Assembly (NCBI GenBank): GCA_016748015.1 | Contig: JAAOMT010000299.1 | Coordinates: 124,001-188,000, forward strand | DNA length: 64,000 bases | Direction of reading: 5' to 3' | Source of the DNA: Geosiphon pyriformis uo1 | Lineage: Eukaryota > Fungi > Glomeromycota | Shown here: positions 1 to 11,900 of the stretch, one piece after another | Layout of the letters: every line of letters begins with the position of its first letter | Numbering within the stretch: the first letter of the stretch is position 1 | Program-made: the position numbers and the translations under genes | The notes under the pieces: model-generated | Seen by the model: only the letters and a program-made list of their open reading frames with translations | Told to the model about the DNA's origin: nothing | Database searches by the model: none

Positions 1-3000
1 GCTCTTTTCTAATGGGCACTAATTTTTGGTAGTATTTATGGAATTGTTTTGGATCCAGGAGATTTATGACTGGTTCTGGGTTCTAGTCAAGTTTTATGAG
101 TTCTGAGGGATTATTTTTTATTATTCTGATTTTCTTTGGCAATGTATCTTCAATTTTGGCAAATGTCATCCACTATATTTCATCATCATTATGTGGACAG
201 CCATCTAAACATTTTACTGCTTTTCTCCAGGTGGCTTCTATTAGTGTCCCTTTTTTAATCCAGTTGCTTATTAGAATTGTGTATTAACATGATTTATCAC
301 ATGTTTCTCTTCACTCAAAAATGTTGTTTCACATTCTTTCATCTAACAATGTTTTGTTACATGTCAAACATGGTTTATTGTCCCATTTTTTTTGTTGTTT
401 TGGTTATTTAAAGCATTCTAAAATGCATGGTTGACAATAAAACTTGGTTGCTGTGAGATATTCCTTATCATTGCCACAGGATGTGCCCATTAATAACAAT
501 TTCTTGCCACAATCAACACATACTAGCTTGGGTCAATAGTAACTGGTTGGTGGTTGTAGTGCTGAATAGGAGATATATATAGAATTGGAGTCTTGTGTAT
601 TTTTGCTTTTTTTTTCTTTTTCTTTTCTTTTCTCTTTCCAGATCCAAATTGATGATAACTTACTTTGATCATTATCAGTTCACAATAATTAGTCAATGTT
701 CCAAGTAAGTTCTTCTCTTCTTTTTCCTTTTCCTTGCTTGTTTTACAAAAGTACTGGCAACAGCTCATTGTGATTATTGTCGGCCCAAGAAACTTGATAC
801 ACTTCCCAGGTAAGTTTAGTTTTCTTTTCTTCCAGCTCAATTAGTAGTCATATGGTGGTTAGTTTAAAGTGGCCACAGGTAGCTGATACTCTCGTATGTT
901 GGCTGTTCTGGCTTAACTGGAGTTCTTAGATGGTCCAATTGAGTACCGCATTGGTTTTGGACAGCCAGTTATTACCAATGAGTGCTTGATATTAGATAGC
1001 TTCTATAACTAATATCTTGATTGGTATAATAATACCATTGACTTCTATAAAAAAGTCATTAATTTTACTGATTGGAGTTTTTGTCATTCCATCAGCCATG
1101 ATGATTTGTGTGCTAACAGCTCAATCAACTTGGTGATCTAGTTGGTCCATGAGTTGTTTTGTGATAATGCTGTCAGCTAATCTACTATCTAAAATCAGTT
1201 TAATGGAGTAGTCATCAACTCTTGCATTAGTGTACATAGTAGTAATTGGTTTTTTTTAGTGTGGCTCTATTAAACAATAGTGTTTGTGATGGTTTTTTGA
1301 ATTCAAATAGGAAAATTGCTGCTAGCAATTTGTCATTGGTTACAGTGACTGGAGGTATGTTGCTGGTAAGTAATTTGTTCTGGTTGAGTTCTTAGTTGTT
1401 AGATGAGACATCTTCTAAAATAATTAGAAAACTTAAATAGTGTTGGGAATTCGGGTTTTAAGTGTATTCAGTGCCTAGATTTTATTGTCAAGATCCTAAT
1501 GACTGGTTTGAGAAACTGGAAATCAGTTAATGTACTACTATTGCCAATCTCTAGCTTTGTTGTATTATTTTCGGCCTTTGGGTTCTGCTTTAAGGTAAGT
1601 TTTGTGGCAGTGTTGAATTTTGTTGGGGTTAATAAATTACTTGAAGCTGTGGCTAATAAATAGATTAGGGCTGCAGTTGATAAATGATGGGTGTTGTTGG
1701 CTGATAAATTAGAGCTTAATATATGAGTGGTTGATAAATTGGCTGTTGTATTATTTGAGTGTAATAAGGTGAATATTGATCCTAATTTGGGTATTGATTC
1801 AGAGTTTAAAACCTGTGATTGGCATTTCGATATTGATTTCCTGATCATTGATTATCTATTTTTAATCTGCAGTCAATTTTCAAATGTCCTTATTTACCAC
1901 AGTAGTAACAAACACACATCTTTTGCTGCCACTGTTGATTAGTTAAGGATAATGAATACAACTGATTCTAGAAACAATTTGCATTTTCTTGATTATTGCA
2001 TTATTGTGAAAGTTGATAAATTGCCTGATTGTTAGCTAAGTATTCCTCTAATTTTTGGTTAATAGAATTACTGAATTGTTTCAACTTAGAATCCAATTCA
2101 GATGATCTATTTATAACTAAATTTATGGTTTGGACATGGTTAGCTTCAAGCTTAGCTGCTTCAAAATCTCTAGCATTTGTAACTGCAGCCTAAAAGTCTG
2201 CTGGATGTAATAGATATACATATTGAAGGATGCTACTGTACTGGTCTCTAATGAATTGATTTAGAATTTGTGACACTGTAAAATAATCAGCTTAAATTGC
2301 CTGAATTTGGTGCAAATTCTTATGGAAGTGTTCTAGGTAAGTAGTGACTGCTTCATTTTCTTTTTGTTTGATGGTGGTGAAAGTATTTGCTAGACAATTA
2401 ATACTATTATTATTGCTAAAATATTGTAGAAATGCAAGTTTGAATGCATTGAAATCCTGAAGTTTATTGGCCAGACTTTGATATCATAAATCAGCAGTAT
2501 CCTGAAAAAAATATGGAATGGCTTGGAGGGCTCTTGCATTATTCCATCTATTTGCTGTAATGGCTTTTTTGATATCATTGAGCCATATTTATGCATTATC
2601 TTCTTTACCAGTAAATTTTTCAAATTTTGTTATTGGAGCATAGGCCATTGGATCCAAGTTTGGTTGTTGTTGTTGTGGTTGGAATGGTAACTAAATTTGA
2701 AATTGCAGCAATAGCTGTTGTTATATGGCAACTAATGGTGAGTTAATAACAATTATTGGAGATAAGTGTTTTTGATTAATAATGTCGGAGTTTGAATTGT
2801 TCTGATTTTTTGGAGTTTGATTAATTGAAGTTTCAATTTCTGGATTTTTTAGGATTGGGTTTTGCTTGCTAGTTTCTTGATTACTACTTTTCTTTTCTTT
2901 AGAGTTGGTTATTTCTCAAAAACTAATGGCTCCAAAATCTGGTTGTGGTTGTGGTGATCAAATTCCTGATAGCATTGGGGATCATAATTTAAATCTCTTA

Positions 3001-3373
3001 AAATAATCACCATATGTTCTTAATAACTCTGCTTTCTTTTGTTTACTTTGAAATGAAATTCTGTTTAGTGGTGTTGTCACACTTGCTGTAATTATGTTTA
3101 TTATATTAATAGTACTTTTGGATATATGGTAATATGATGAATTAGTAGGTAAATCAAATCTTTGTTTCTTTCAAGTGGGTAGTTGGATTTGCTTTGGTGT
3201 TCCTACTAGTGTTTGTAACCTTCTTTTTTTTTTGTTGACAAAAGTAATAAGAAATCTTTGCTTGGTGTATTTTTTAATTTTTCTGTTTATTTTTGTGATT
3301 AAAGATGCAAATAGGTAGTTTTGTGGAAGAGTGATGCTTTGAAATAGTTTACTAAAAAAATTGTTGAAGACAG
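1..3373 (-). pseudogene. gag-pol: A gag, protease and Cys-rich region (decayed)
   Basis: Minus-strand MAYAPI..F.GKED capsid start (~2648), degenerate zinc knuckle (~1900), LILDS(G) protease motif (~1170-1205), CxxC region (~330-520). Many C>T stops. Confidence 0.85.
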
Positions 3374-4271
3374 TGTTACTCATAAAATATAGAAAGTATA
3401 TTAGCATATAAATTAGCCAATCAAAAGTAGCCATAGTAAATGTAAAATTCCAGGATTCCTCTCAGAAAAATTGCAGGATTCTAAAAATTTCAGGATTTTC
3501 TCAAAGGAATCACAGGATTCCAGAATTCCAGGATTCTTCTTAAAGGAATTACAGAATTTCAGAAATTTTAGGATTCCTCTTAAAGAAATTGCAGAATTCC
3601 AAAAATTTCAGGATTCTTGGTGTGAAGAATTGAGAAATTGAGAAATCTCAATTATGTATATATAGTAGTAGGATTAAAAGTAAAAAAAACAGACTTCTTA
3701 GTTTAAATTTGATCTAAAAAACCTTCCACATCACAAATAACAAATAAATAATTATTCTTTATTTTAATCCACTTCTACTATTAACATGAAGTGTTAATAA
3801 GAATTGATACTTAACTACACTAGAACAATAGCTCTTAATCACAGTTATTAATAAGATATTAATATCTATTGCCTTGACTTATTTTTTATTTCTTTATTTT
3901 CTTTTATTTTTTTTATTATTTCTTTTGTTTTACTAAATTGATTGAGAAATAAGTGCTGAGTTATTGACATCAAGGATAGTCTGGTAAAAGACCCTAAAGG
4001 AAAAATATAGGAATTCAGAACTTAAAAATAGCTTACCAAAAGAGCATCTTTGCCAGATTACCGGCCACCATGCTGAGAAAAAAATTCAACAGAATTGCAA
4101 TTCTGAAAGATTACTGAAAAGACAAAAATTGAATTTCTGTCTATTATACAAAGAACTCAACTAAAACCTTTAGATCACCCAAACCTTCAAAAACCAACAC
4201 CAAAACATCAATTGAGCATCAGATTACAAGTTTGTTATTTGATTTGAGGCCCCAAATAATTACTTGTAACA
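3374..4271 (+). repeat. 5' LTR of B (family 1)
   Basis: TGTTAC...GTAACA ends, CCAAT box (~3416), GGAATTCCAGGA-type tandem repeats, TATATA (~3657), T-rich tract. Confidence 0.9.
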
Positions 4272-4290
4272 TTTAGAGCTCCCTATGAGG
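4272..4290 (+). promoter_or_regulatory. Primer binding site of B (decayed TTTGGTGCTCCCTGTGAGG)
   Basis: TTTAGAGCTCCCTATGAGG directly after the LTR; matches the less decayed copies in I and J. Confidence 0.8.
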
Positions 4291-4333
4291 TATAATTCTA
4301 CAGAAAACCAGCATCAACAACAATTATCTAAAA

Positions 4334-7300
4334 GTGGCAGAATCAGAAATCATAGGAGCAAACCATTTAGGATTTGTTAAATCTTTGTTTTAACAGTACA
4401 GTCAACAATTAGAATTAAACAATAACTATTTCTCAGCAGAATTAGCCTTTAACTTTTATGTCAACAATAAAATCACAGACTGCTTAAGAGAAACAGTTAA
4501 CATTGAATCCACAAAAAAAAATTTCTATACAGAATTGTTTTAACATACCAGTTTACCAAGAAACTACAGTTTTGTACCAATTATTAGGGAAATAAATCCA
4601 ACTATTGAAAGATACACCCAACAACAATTCTCCATTATCTATGCAAATAAAGGCAAAGAAAAATTGCAAACACCAGCAATAACACTCAAAAGGATACAAC
4701 CACCCACTTGTAAAAAAACCAGAGTTGAATCACCAACCAATTCATTGTTATAAGTGATTATTTGGGATTTCAAATTAAATAGCAAACCCATAACTTGGTA
4801 TTCAATTAATGTCTTGATAATAGTTTCTAAAGGTTTTCATGATCTGAAGATTTTGGTTGAGTTTTTTGTATAATGAACAGAGATTCAATTGGTTGTTTTC
4901 ACAGTAGCCTTCCAGAATCGCAATTTTATTGAATTTCTTTCTTAGCATGATGACCAGTAATCTTGGCAGAGATGCTCTTCTGGTAAGCTATCCTTAAATT
5001 CTCAATTCTTAAACCCTTCCTTTGGGGTCTTTTATCAAACTATTCTTGATGTCAATAATTCAGTACTTAATCCTTAATCAATTAGCAAACACAACAAAAT
5101 AAGAAAAAAATAATAATAAAAAAATAAAAAAAGATAAAAAATTAAGCCAAGGCATTTGCAAGTTAGTATCCTGTCAATAGCCATAATCAAGAGCTATTGT
5201 TCCAGTATGGTTAAGTATCAATTTCTATTAACACTTCATGTTGATAGTAGAAGTGAATTTGGAGATATTGAATAATTATTTATTAATATTTGTGATGTAG
5301 AAGATTGTTTAAATCAAATCTAAACTGAGAAGTCTGTTTTTTCTACTTCTAATGTTACTACTATATATACATAATTGAGATTCCTTAATTCTTCAATTCT
5401 TTACACCAAAAATTCTGGAATTCTTGGAATCCTGCAATTTCTTTGAAAGGAATCCTGGAATTCTGGAATCTTGTAATTCTTTGTATAAGAATTCTGAAAT
5501 TCCTGGAATCCTGCAATTCTTCTGAGAGAAATCCTGGAATTCCACATTTACTACAGTTATTTCTTGATTGGCTAATTTATGTGCTAATATACTTCTTATA
5601 TATTATGAGTAACACCATCATATCATTATATATTAAGAAGTGCCCTCAATATTTCCTTAGCAGATGCATTCACATTAAATGTAACATCAATTTTTGGACA
5701 ATTCCTATTTCAAAGTAAACAAAGAAGAGCAGAGTTATTAGGACCATATGGCAAATATTTTGAAGGATTTAAATTGCAATTACCAATGCCATTAGGATTT
5801 TGATTACTGCCACCTCAACCAGATTTTGGAACTGCAAGTCCATAGGAAGTAATAAAATCAAAAGAAGAAAAAAGTGAGAATCAAGAATTTACTTACCAAA
5901 ACCCAATCCTAGAAAAGTCGGAAATTGAAACTCCAAATTTTCAAACTCACCAAAATCCAAACAATACAAACCCTAAGCTAATTAATCAGAAAAACTTACC
6001 TCCAAAAATCATTATCAATCAACAACCAATTGAACTGATTGCTGAACTGATTCAACAGCCACAACAACCACTCCAACAACCACCACAGCAACAACAACAA
6101 GTTATAGCACCAATGGCATATGCTCCTATTGCCAAACTGGAAAAATTTACTGGTGAAAAAAATAATGCCCAAGTCTGGCTCAACAATATTATCAAAGCAA
6201 TTACTGCTAACAATTGGGACAATGCCAGAGCACTATAAGCCATCTCATACTTTTTGCAAGATACTACCAATTCATGATATCAAAGCTTGATTAATAAACC
6301 TGTCATCTTCAATGTGTTTAAAACAGAGTTTTTGAGATATTTTAGCAACAATAATAGCATCAACCAATTGGCTAACACTTTTACTACCATCAAGCAAGGA
6401 GAAACTAAAGCAGTCACTACTTATTTAAAATGCTTTCACAGAAATTTGTGCCAAATTCAGGCCATACAAGCTAATTATTTTACAGTGCCACAAATTTTAA
6501 ATTAATTTATTAGAGATCTGCACAGTAATATCTTCTAACACATATATCTATTGCATTCAGCAGACCTTCAAACTGCCATTATAAATGCCAGAGATTTTGA
6601 AACAGCTGAACTTGAAGCCAACCACATCTAAGCTGTAAATCTAGTAATAAACAGATCATCTGACTTGGAAACAATTCAGTGAATCAATCAATCAGAAATT
6701 AGAGAGATACTTAGTTAACAACAATTAGACAATTTATCAATTTCTTTAACAACACAATAATCAAGAAAACTCTAATTGTGCTTAAAATTAACTGTGTTTA
6801 GCATTGATGACCAATTACCAGTGGTAGCAGAAAACATGCATATACTATTATTGTAGTAAACAAAAACATTTGCAATTTGAATATCACAAAAAGATAAGCA
6901 ATCTACAATCAGTTAATCAGTATTAAAACTTCAATTGCTGACTACAAACTCAGAATTACATCAGTAATCAATTATTAGAACAATACCAACCTTAATTACA
7001 TTACTCTTTAATGACACAGCTGATTTATCAAACCCCAATGACACAGCAATTATACTCACTTTTAGTATATTAGTATCCAGCATCAATTTATTAACTGACA
7101 ATATTTGTAATCTATCAACTATTGCAGCCACAAGTAATCTATTAAACACCAGCAATCTTAATCCCAAACTCAGCTCATATAACATCAAGAAATCCCAGGT
7201 CTAAAGTTACTCAAAACTGGAGATCAGTGATAATTGTTTACCAACTGATTCTCAGCTCCTTAAACCAGCCATTAAGATTATGCCAGTAGAGTTCAGAAAC

Positions 7301-7883
7301 CAGATATATCCAAAACCTGAGTTCTCAAAACTATTTAAGTCTATTGGTAACTCCAGAAGATGTCTCATCCAACAACACAGAATCCAACCAAAAACAACCA
7401 CTCATCAGCAATATATTTCTAACTACTGTTATCAATAACAAATTACTTACAGCTATTTTTCTGTTCAAACTTGAGAAACTGACATCTATGCCTTTGTTCA
7501 GTAGAGCTGTATTTAAGGAAAAACCAATCACCACCATGTATACTAATGCCAAAGTTGATGGCCATTTTATCAAGCTTATCCTTAATAGTCGGTTAGCAGA
7601 CAGTATTATCACACAATAACTTATGAACCAATTAGATCACTGAGTTAATCATACTGCCAACACCAGGATTATAACTGCTAATAGAGCAACCAAAACTCCA
7701 ATTGGTAAAATAAACAACTTCTTATTTGAAGTCAATGGCATCATAATACCAATCAAGATATTAGTAATGGAAGCAACTCAGTACCAAGCTCTTGTTGGAA
7801 ATAACTGGCTATACAAAACTAATGCCATGCTCAATTGGAACACTCAAGAACTGCAGTTCAGCCAAAATGGCCACTATACATGC
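4334..7883 (+). pseudogene. gag-pol: B gag-protease (interrupted by solo LTR C1; cut by C2)
   Basis: VAESEIIGANHLGF start, MAYAPIAKLEKFTG at 6113, KLILNSRLADSII (decayed LILDSGSAGSII) at ~7570-7610. Confidence 0.85.
4746..5614 (-). mobile_element. C1: solo LTR, family 1
   Basis: Single reverse-oriented LTR TGTTA...GTAACA, flanked by TCAT (4742-4745) and CCAT (5615-5618); host gag resumes after it. Confidence 0.9.
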
Positions 7884-8863
7884 TGTTACCAGACGAAATT
7901 AGAGATATTATTTAGCATAAAATTATCTTATAAATTCTATCATTAATTAGCATATATTATCATTTCAAATTATCACTTATTACATTAGCAAAATGTCCAA
8001 AATTATCATTTAATTAATAACTCAATTTGTACACAACACAAATGTAATCTAATTGTGATGATCAAATCATGCAATACCCCAAACTATGTAACATTCAAAA
8101 GTTCACTGAAATTTGTAAAAATTTGCCGAAATAATTGATAGTTCACCGAAATATCTAATAGTTCGCAGAAATAACTTGTAAATTTGCCGAAATGTATCTT
8201 TAGTTCAGCGAAATTGTAGAAAATAGCAAAGTTCAAGTTTATAGAATAGTGTTACAACAAGTTGTATAAAAAAAGAGCTTCTCTTTTTGAGAAAATGTAT
8301 CTTACTTTAGATTTATTACTTAGAACCATTCCTACACACACAAAAAGAAATAAATATCAAATAATTTGAAAAACCAAACTCTTTAATTATTGTACTTGGA
8401 AAATCCCCAAAACCCAACTAACGTTTTGAAATTGATTAGCTACCAATTTCAGTAAACTGTTAGTGACTTCAGGCCTGAATAGAAAACGTTTCCCTTGACA
8501 GAATTCTATTTCTTTTACATTTCTTTTATTTTTTTTTTCTTTTCTCATTACAATCATTAAAGTAGCCTACAGATGAGATTTCTGTAAAAGAGTTGACTTT
8601 CACAGCAAAGTAACTACACATTTTAGTGAGCTTCCAGATGAGCAATTCCTGGAAAAAAGTTGACATTTACTACAATGTAACTACATAAAGCAACTGGCAC
8701 GGAATTGGCCATTCCACTCATAAGCCCAGCAAGTTCAAATTATAGGATATAATTTGAAGATAAATTCAGTTACTGGAGGTCTAACTACTTCCTGGAAATG
8801 TGAATTTACAGCAAACAGACATCAATAACATTCAAGAAAAGAGACCAAAAACCTCTGGTAACA
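7884..8863 (+). repeat. 5' LTR of C2 (980 bp)
   Basis: TGTTACCAGA...TCTGGTAACA inverted ends, ~22-bp GTTCRCCGAAAT repeats at ~8100-8215, GTATAAAA at ~8264. Confidence 0.95.
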
Positions 8864-8880
8864 TTTGGTGCTCTTCCACA
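8864..8880 (+). promoter_or_regulatory. PBS of C2 (short match TGGTGCTC)
   Basis: TTTGGTGCTCTTCC follows the LTR end. Confidence 0.75.
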
Positions 8881-8908
8881 GAAACAACACAGCAAAAATA
8901 ACTTCAAA

Positions 8909-11900
8909 GTGGCGACCACACCAGATGCAACAACTCTAGAGTATTACCAGTCAATTTACACTCACTGCAAACAAAGATTCAACATTCCAGACGGAATTGA
9001 AGTTGTCAAGAAATCAGTATACCAATACATTGAAAACCACATCAACAATTATCTTTTTAGAAATTACAATATCTTAAAAGTTAGAAGCAATCTTTACAAT
9101 AATTTAGCACACTATTCACAGTTGGGAACTGAAGACCTTAATAGTAAAACACTTGCCACTTACTTTCATGAACTTAATTTTAACATTATCAAGTACTGTG
9201 AAGAAACATATCCAGTGCAGTCTCAATACACTATTGATTTTGAATTAGAAACAGAAACAAGCAACAAAGACAAAAACAAATTGAAGCAATACTTAAGAAC
9301 CACCCCAAATACTCCAACACTACCGAAAACAACTGCCATACATTTACAAACACCTGAACAAGGAACCAGTTCAAAATTTCCACTTACTATCACACCTTTT
9401 CCAGCTTCACTTGCATAAGCACAAACACTTAATTCACCTTTGAATCAATTTTTAAGACCAGAAGATTTTACATCACTCAGAAGTTCTACCAGACAACAAG
9501 AATTCCTTCAAACTAGTCCCAATCTTCTTGAATTTATAGCTGAAAATCAAAGTAAACACTCTGAGACAGCAACGAATGAAGAAAATGACCCTAAAACATC
9601 TAAAGAAGAATCAATAGTTAACGAAAATGAAGAAGACGAAATGACAACCTACATCACAAAAATCTCTGAATTTAATGGAGAAGACATTGAGACTAGTCCT
9701 CAAGAATAGCTCAACCAAGTTACTAAAGCCGGAGATGCAAATGGATGGAATGCTGCCAGAATGTTAAGAACAATTCCTTACTTTCTCAAAGGAACAGCAG
9801 GAGAATGGTTTGAAAACCTGGCCACCCCATTCAATGATTGGAATGCTTTTAAAGCAGTCTTCCTTGAACAGTTCACCGACAATAATACCTCCATTATCCT
9901 TCATAATCATTTTCGAAATATCAAACAAGAACCCTCCGAATCTGTTATGACTTATATTGGGAAATTTAACAAACTTCTCAGACAAATTTGCCAACTCAAA
10001 ACAAATGATTATTATTCTGATGCTCAAATCCTGAATCAATTTATCACTGGTCTAAAAGATAAACTAATTAAAAAAGTTTGCCCACATGCCCCAGAAGATT
10101 TGAACTCTGCCATCCAACATGCAAAAAGATATGAAATGGCTATGAAAGAAGCCAATCATACAAAACTTGTAAATTTGGCAATTGGAGAAACCAGCTCAGC
10201 AGCTGAAGAAAAAATTGACCAACTCACAAAGAAAGTTGAAAACTACTTTACCAACCAACAACAACAACGCCAAAGATATCAACCACCCCAAAAACGAAAT
10301 CAAAATAACTTTGCACCACTTTTCAATAACCAGCCTCAGAATTGCCATTATTGTGGAATCTCTGGTCACTGGAAAAAAGATTGCAGAAAGCTACAATGAG
10401 ACCAACAAAATAGGAGTAATCAATGTTACTCTCCACCACAGCAATCTTATTATCAACCACCATCATCAGCTTACTATCCACCAAGACCCCAATACCAAAA
10501 TAACTATTATTAGCCCGTCCCACAGCCAATCCAACAGCAATACCAACAACCACCCACACAACATTATCAAGTACCTGCTCGAAGACTGAGTACACAAAGT
10601 CAATTCACACCACAAAACCGATACCAAGTAAACAACAATGGAATCAGTTCAAACAACCAATTGGTTCCCCGAAATTCCATTCAACCAAGACCCAACCACT
10701 ATCACACTCAACCCAGTTATTTAACAATGTCAGAAAAACAGGATTTTCACCATACTGCACCCTCGGAAGATAAAGCTGCAGCACAACAACAAAACTCTTC
10801 TCATAATCACACCACTATTCCACCAGCCCGAATTGCTGAAAATGCCAATCTCTCTGATATCTTTCCTTTCGAATTTGAAGCAAATGAATCACCATTCTTG
10901 CTTAGCAATGCAGTGGCTAATGAGCAAAAAGCCATCACTGCAATATACACAGAAGCTGAAGTAGAAGGAAAGCCAATTCACTTGATCCTAGACAGTGGAT
11001 CTGCTGGAAGCATCGTCACATATCAATTAATGCAACAGCTAAAGAGAAATGTTGACTGACCAGCTCAGACAATTATTGTTACTGCTGATGACATGAAAAA
11101 AACTCCAGTAGGAGAAATTGACAATTTTCCATTCACTCTTAACAGAATCACCATTCCAACCAAAGTTCTTGTAATAGATGCTCCCCAATATCAAGCCCTT
11201 GTCAGAAATGATTGGCTCCAAAAAGCCAATGCGAAATTAGACTGGAAAACTCAAGAACTACAAATCTCCTACCAAGAACAACATGCCCAAGTACCTGCCA
11301 CTTGTGGTACATTCAATAAACACTCCGAAAAGGCCCCGGCTTTTGAATTCGAACCAGAAAAAGAAAAACCAACAATCAAAACTTTCATGGCACTTGGATC
11401 AACCTCCAATTGGGCTGATGAAACTGAACAACAGTATTTTTCAACAAACAATCCTCGTGAAACAAAAGAACCAATAACACCTGGATAGAATGTTCCTTAT
11501 TCAAAACCAGAGCCACAGAAACAACGCCCTTACATTCCACTCAAATGCAAAGATTGCCACAAGAAACTCTCATCAATGGGAGCCTGCATTTCACCTAAAA
11601 AAGAATATGAAAAACATACTTGTTATTACTGCAAAGTGTGCCACAGAGAATGATGGGGTTATCTAATAAAAAGAAGTAGAAAATGGGACAACACCCCTTG
11701 TTTGACTTGTGGAGATATGCTACCAGAAGAATGCAATTGGATTAATGTAGCAATGAGAGGAGGAGTCTGCGATCAGACCTGCCAATATGCTTTATCAATT
11801 TCAGAAAAAGTAAAAAGAGGAACACCCTTTAATGTGGCATACAATAGTGCTCTTAACAAACTTTATCACTACCCCCATGATGCTGAGATGATTTTCAACT

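Noticed and set aside
1468-1848. 126-aa Ser/Thr/Asn-rich ORF, and similar short ORFs in the track, as independent genes
   Set aside because: They are alternative-frame or antisense readings of low-complexity gag segments or LTR repeats (e.g. 5443-5718, 28028-28216, 47361-47585)
8872-8885. Conserved ACAG|AAA after the PBS as a splice acceptor supplying the Gag start
   Set aside because: In families 1 and 2 it is explained by pairing with the distal PBS (CTGTGAG), and there is no clear branch point. It cannot be excluded without RNA data.
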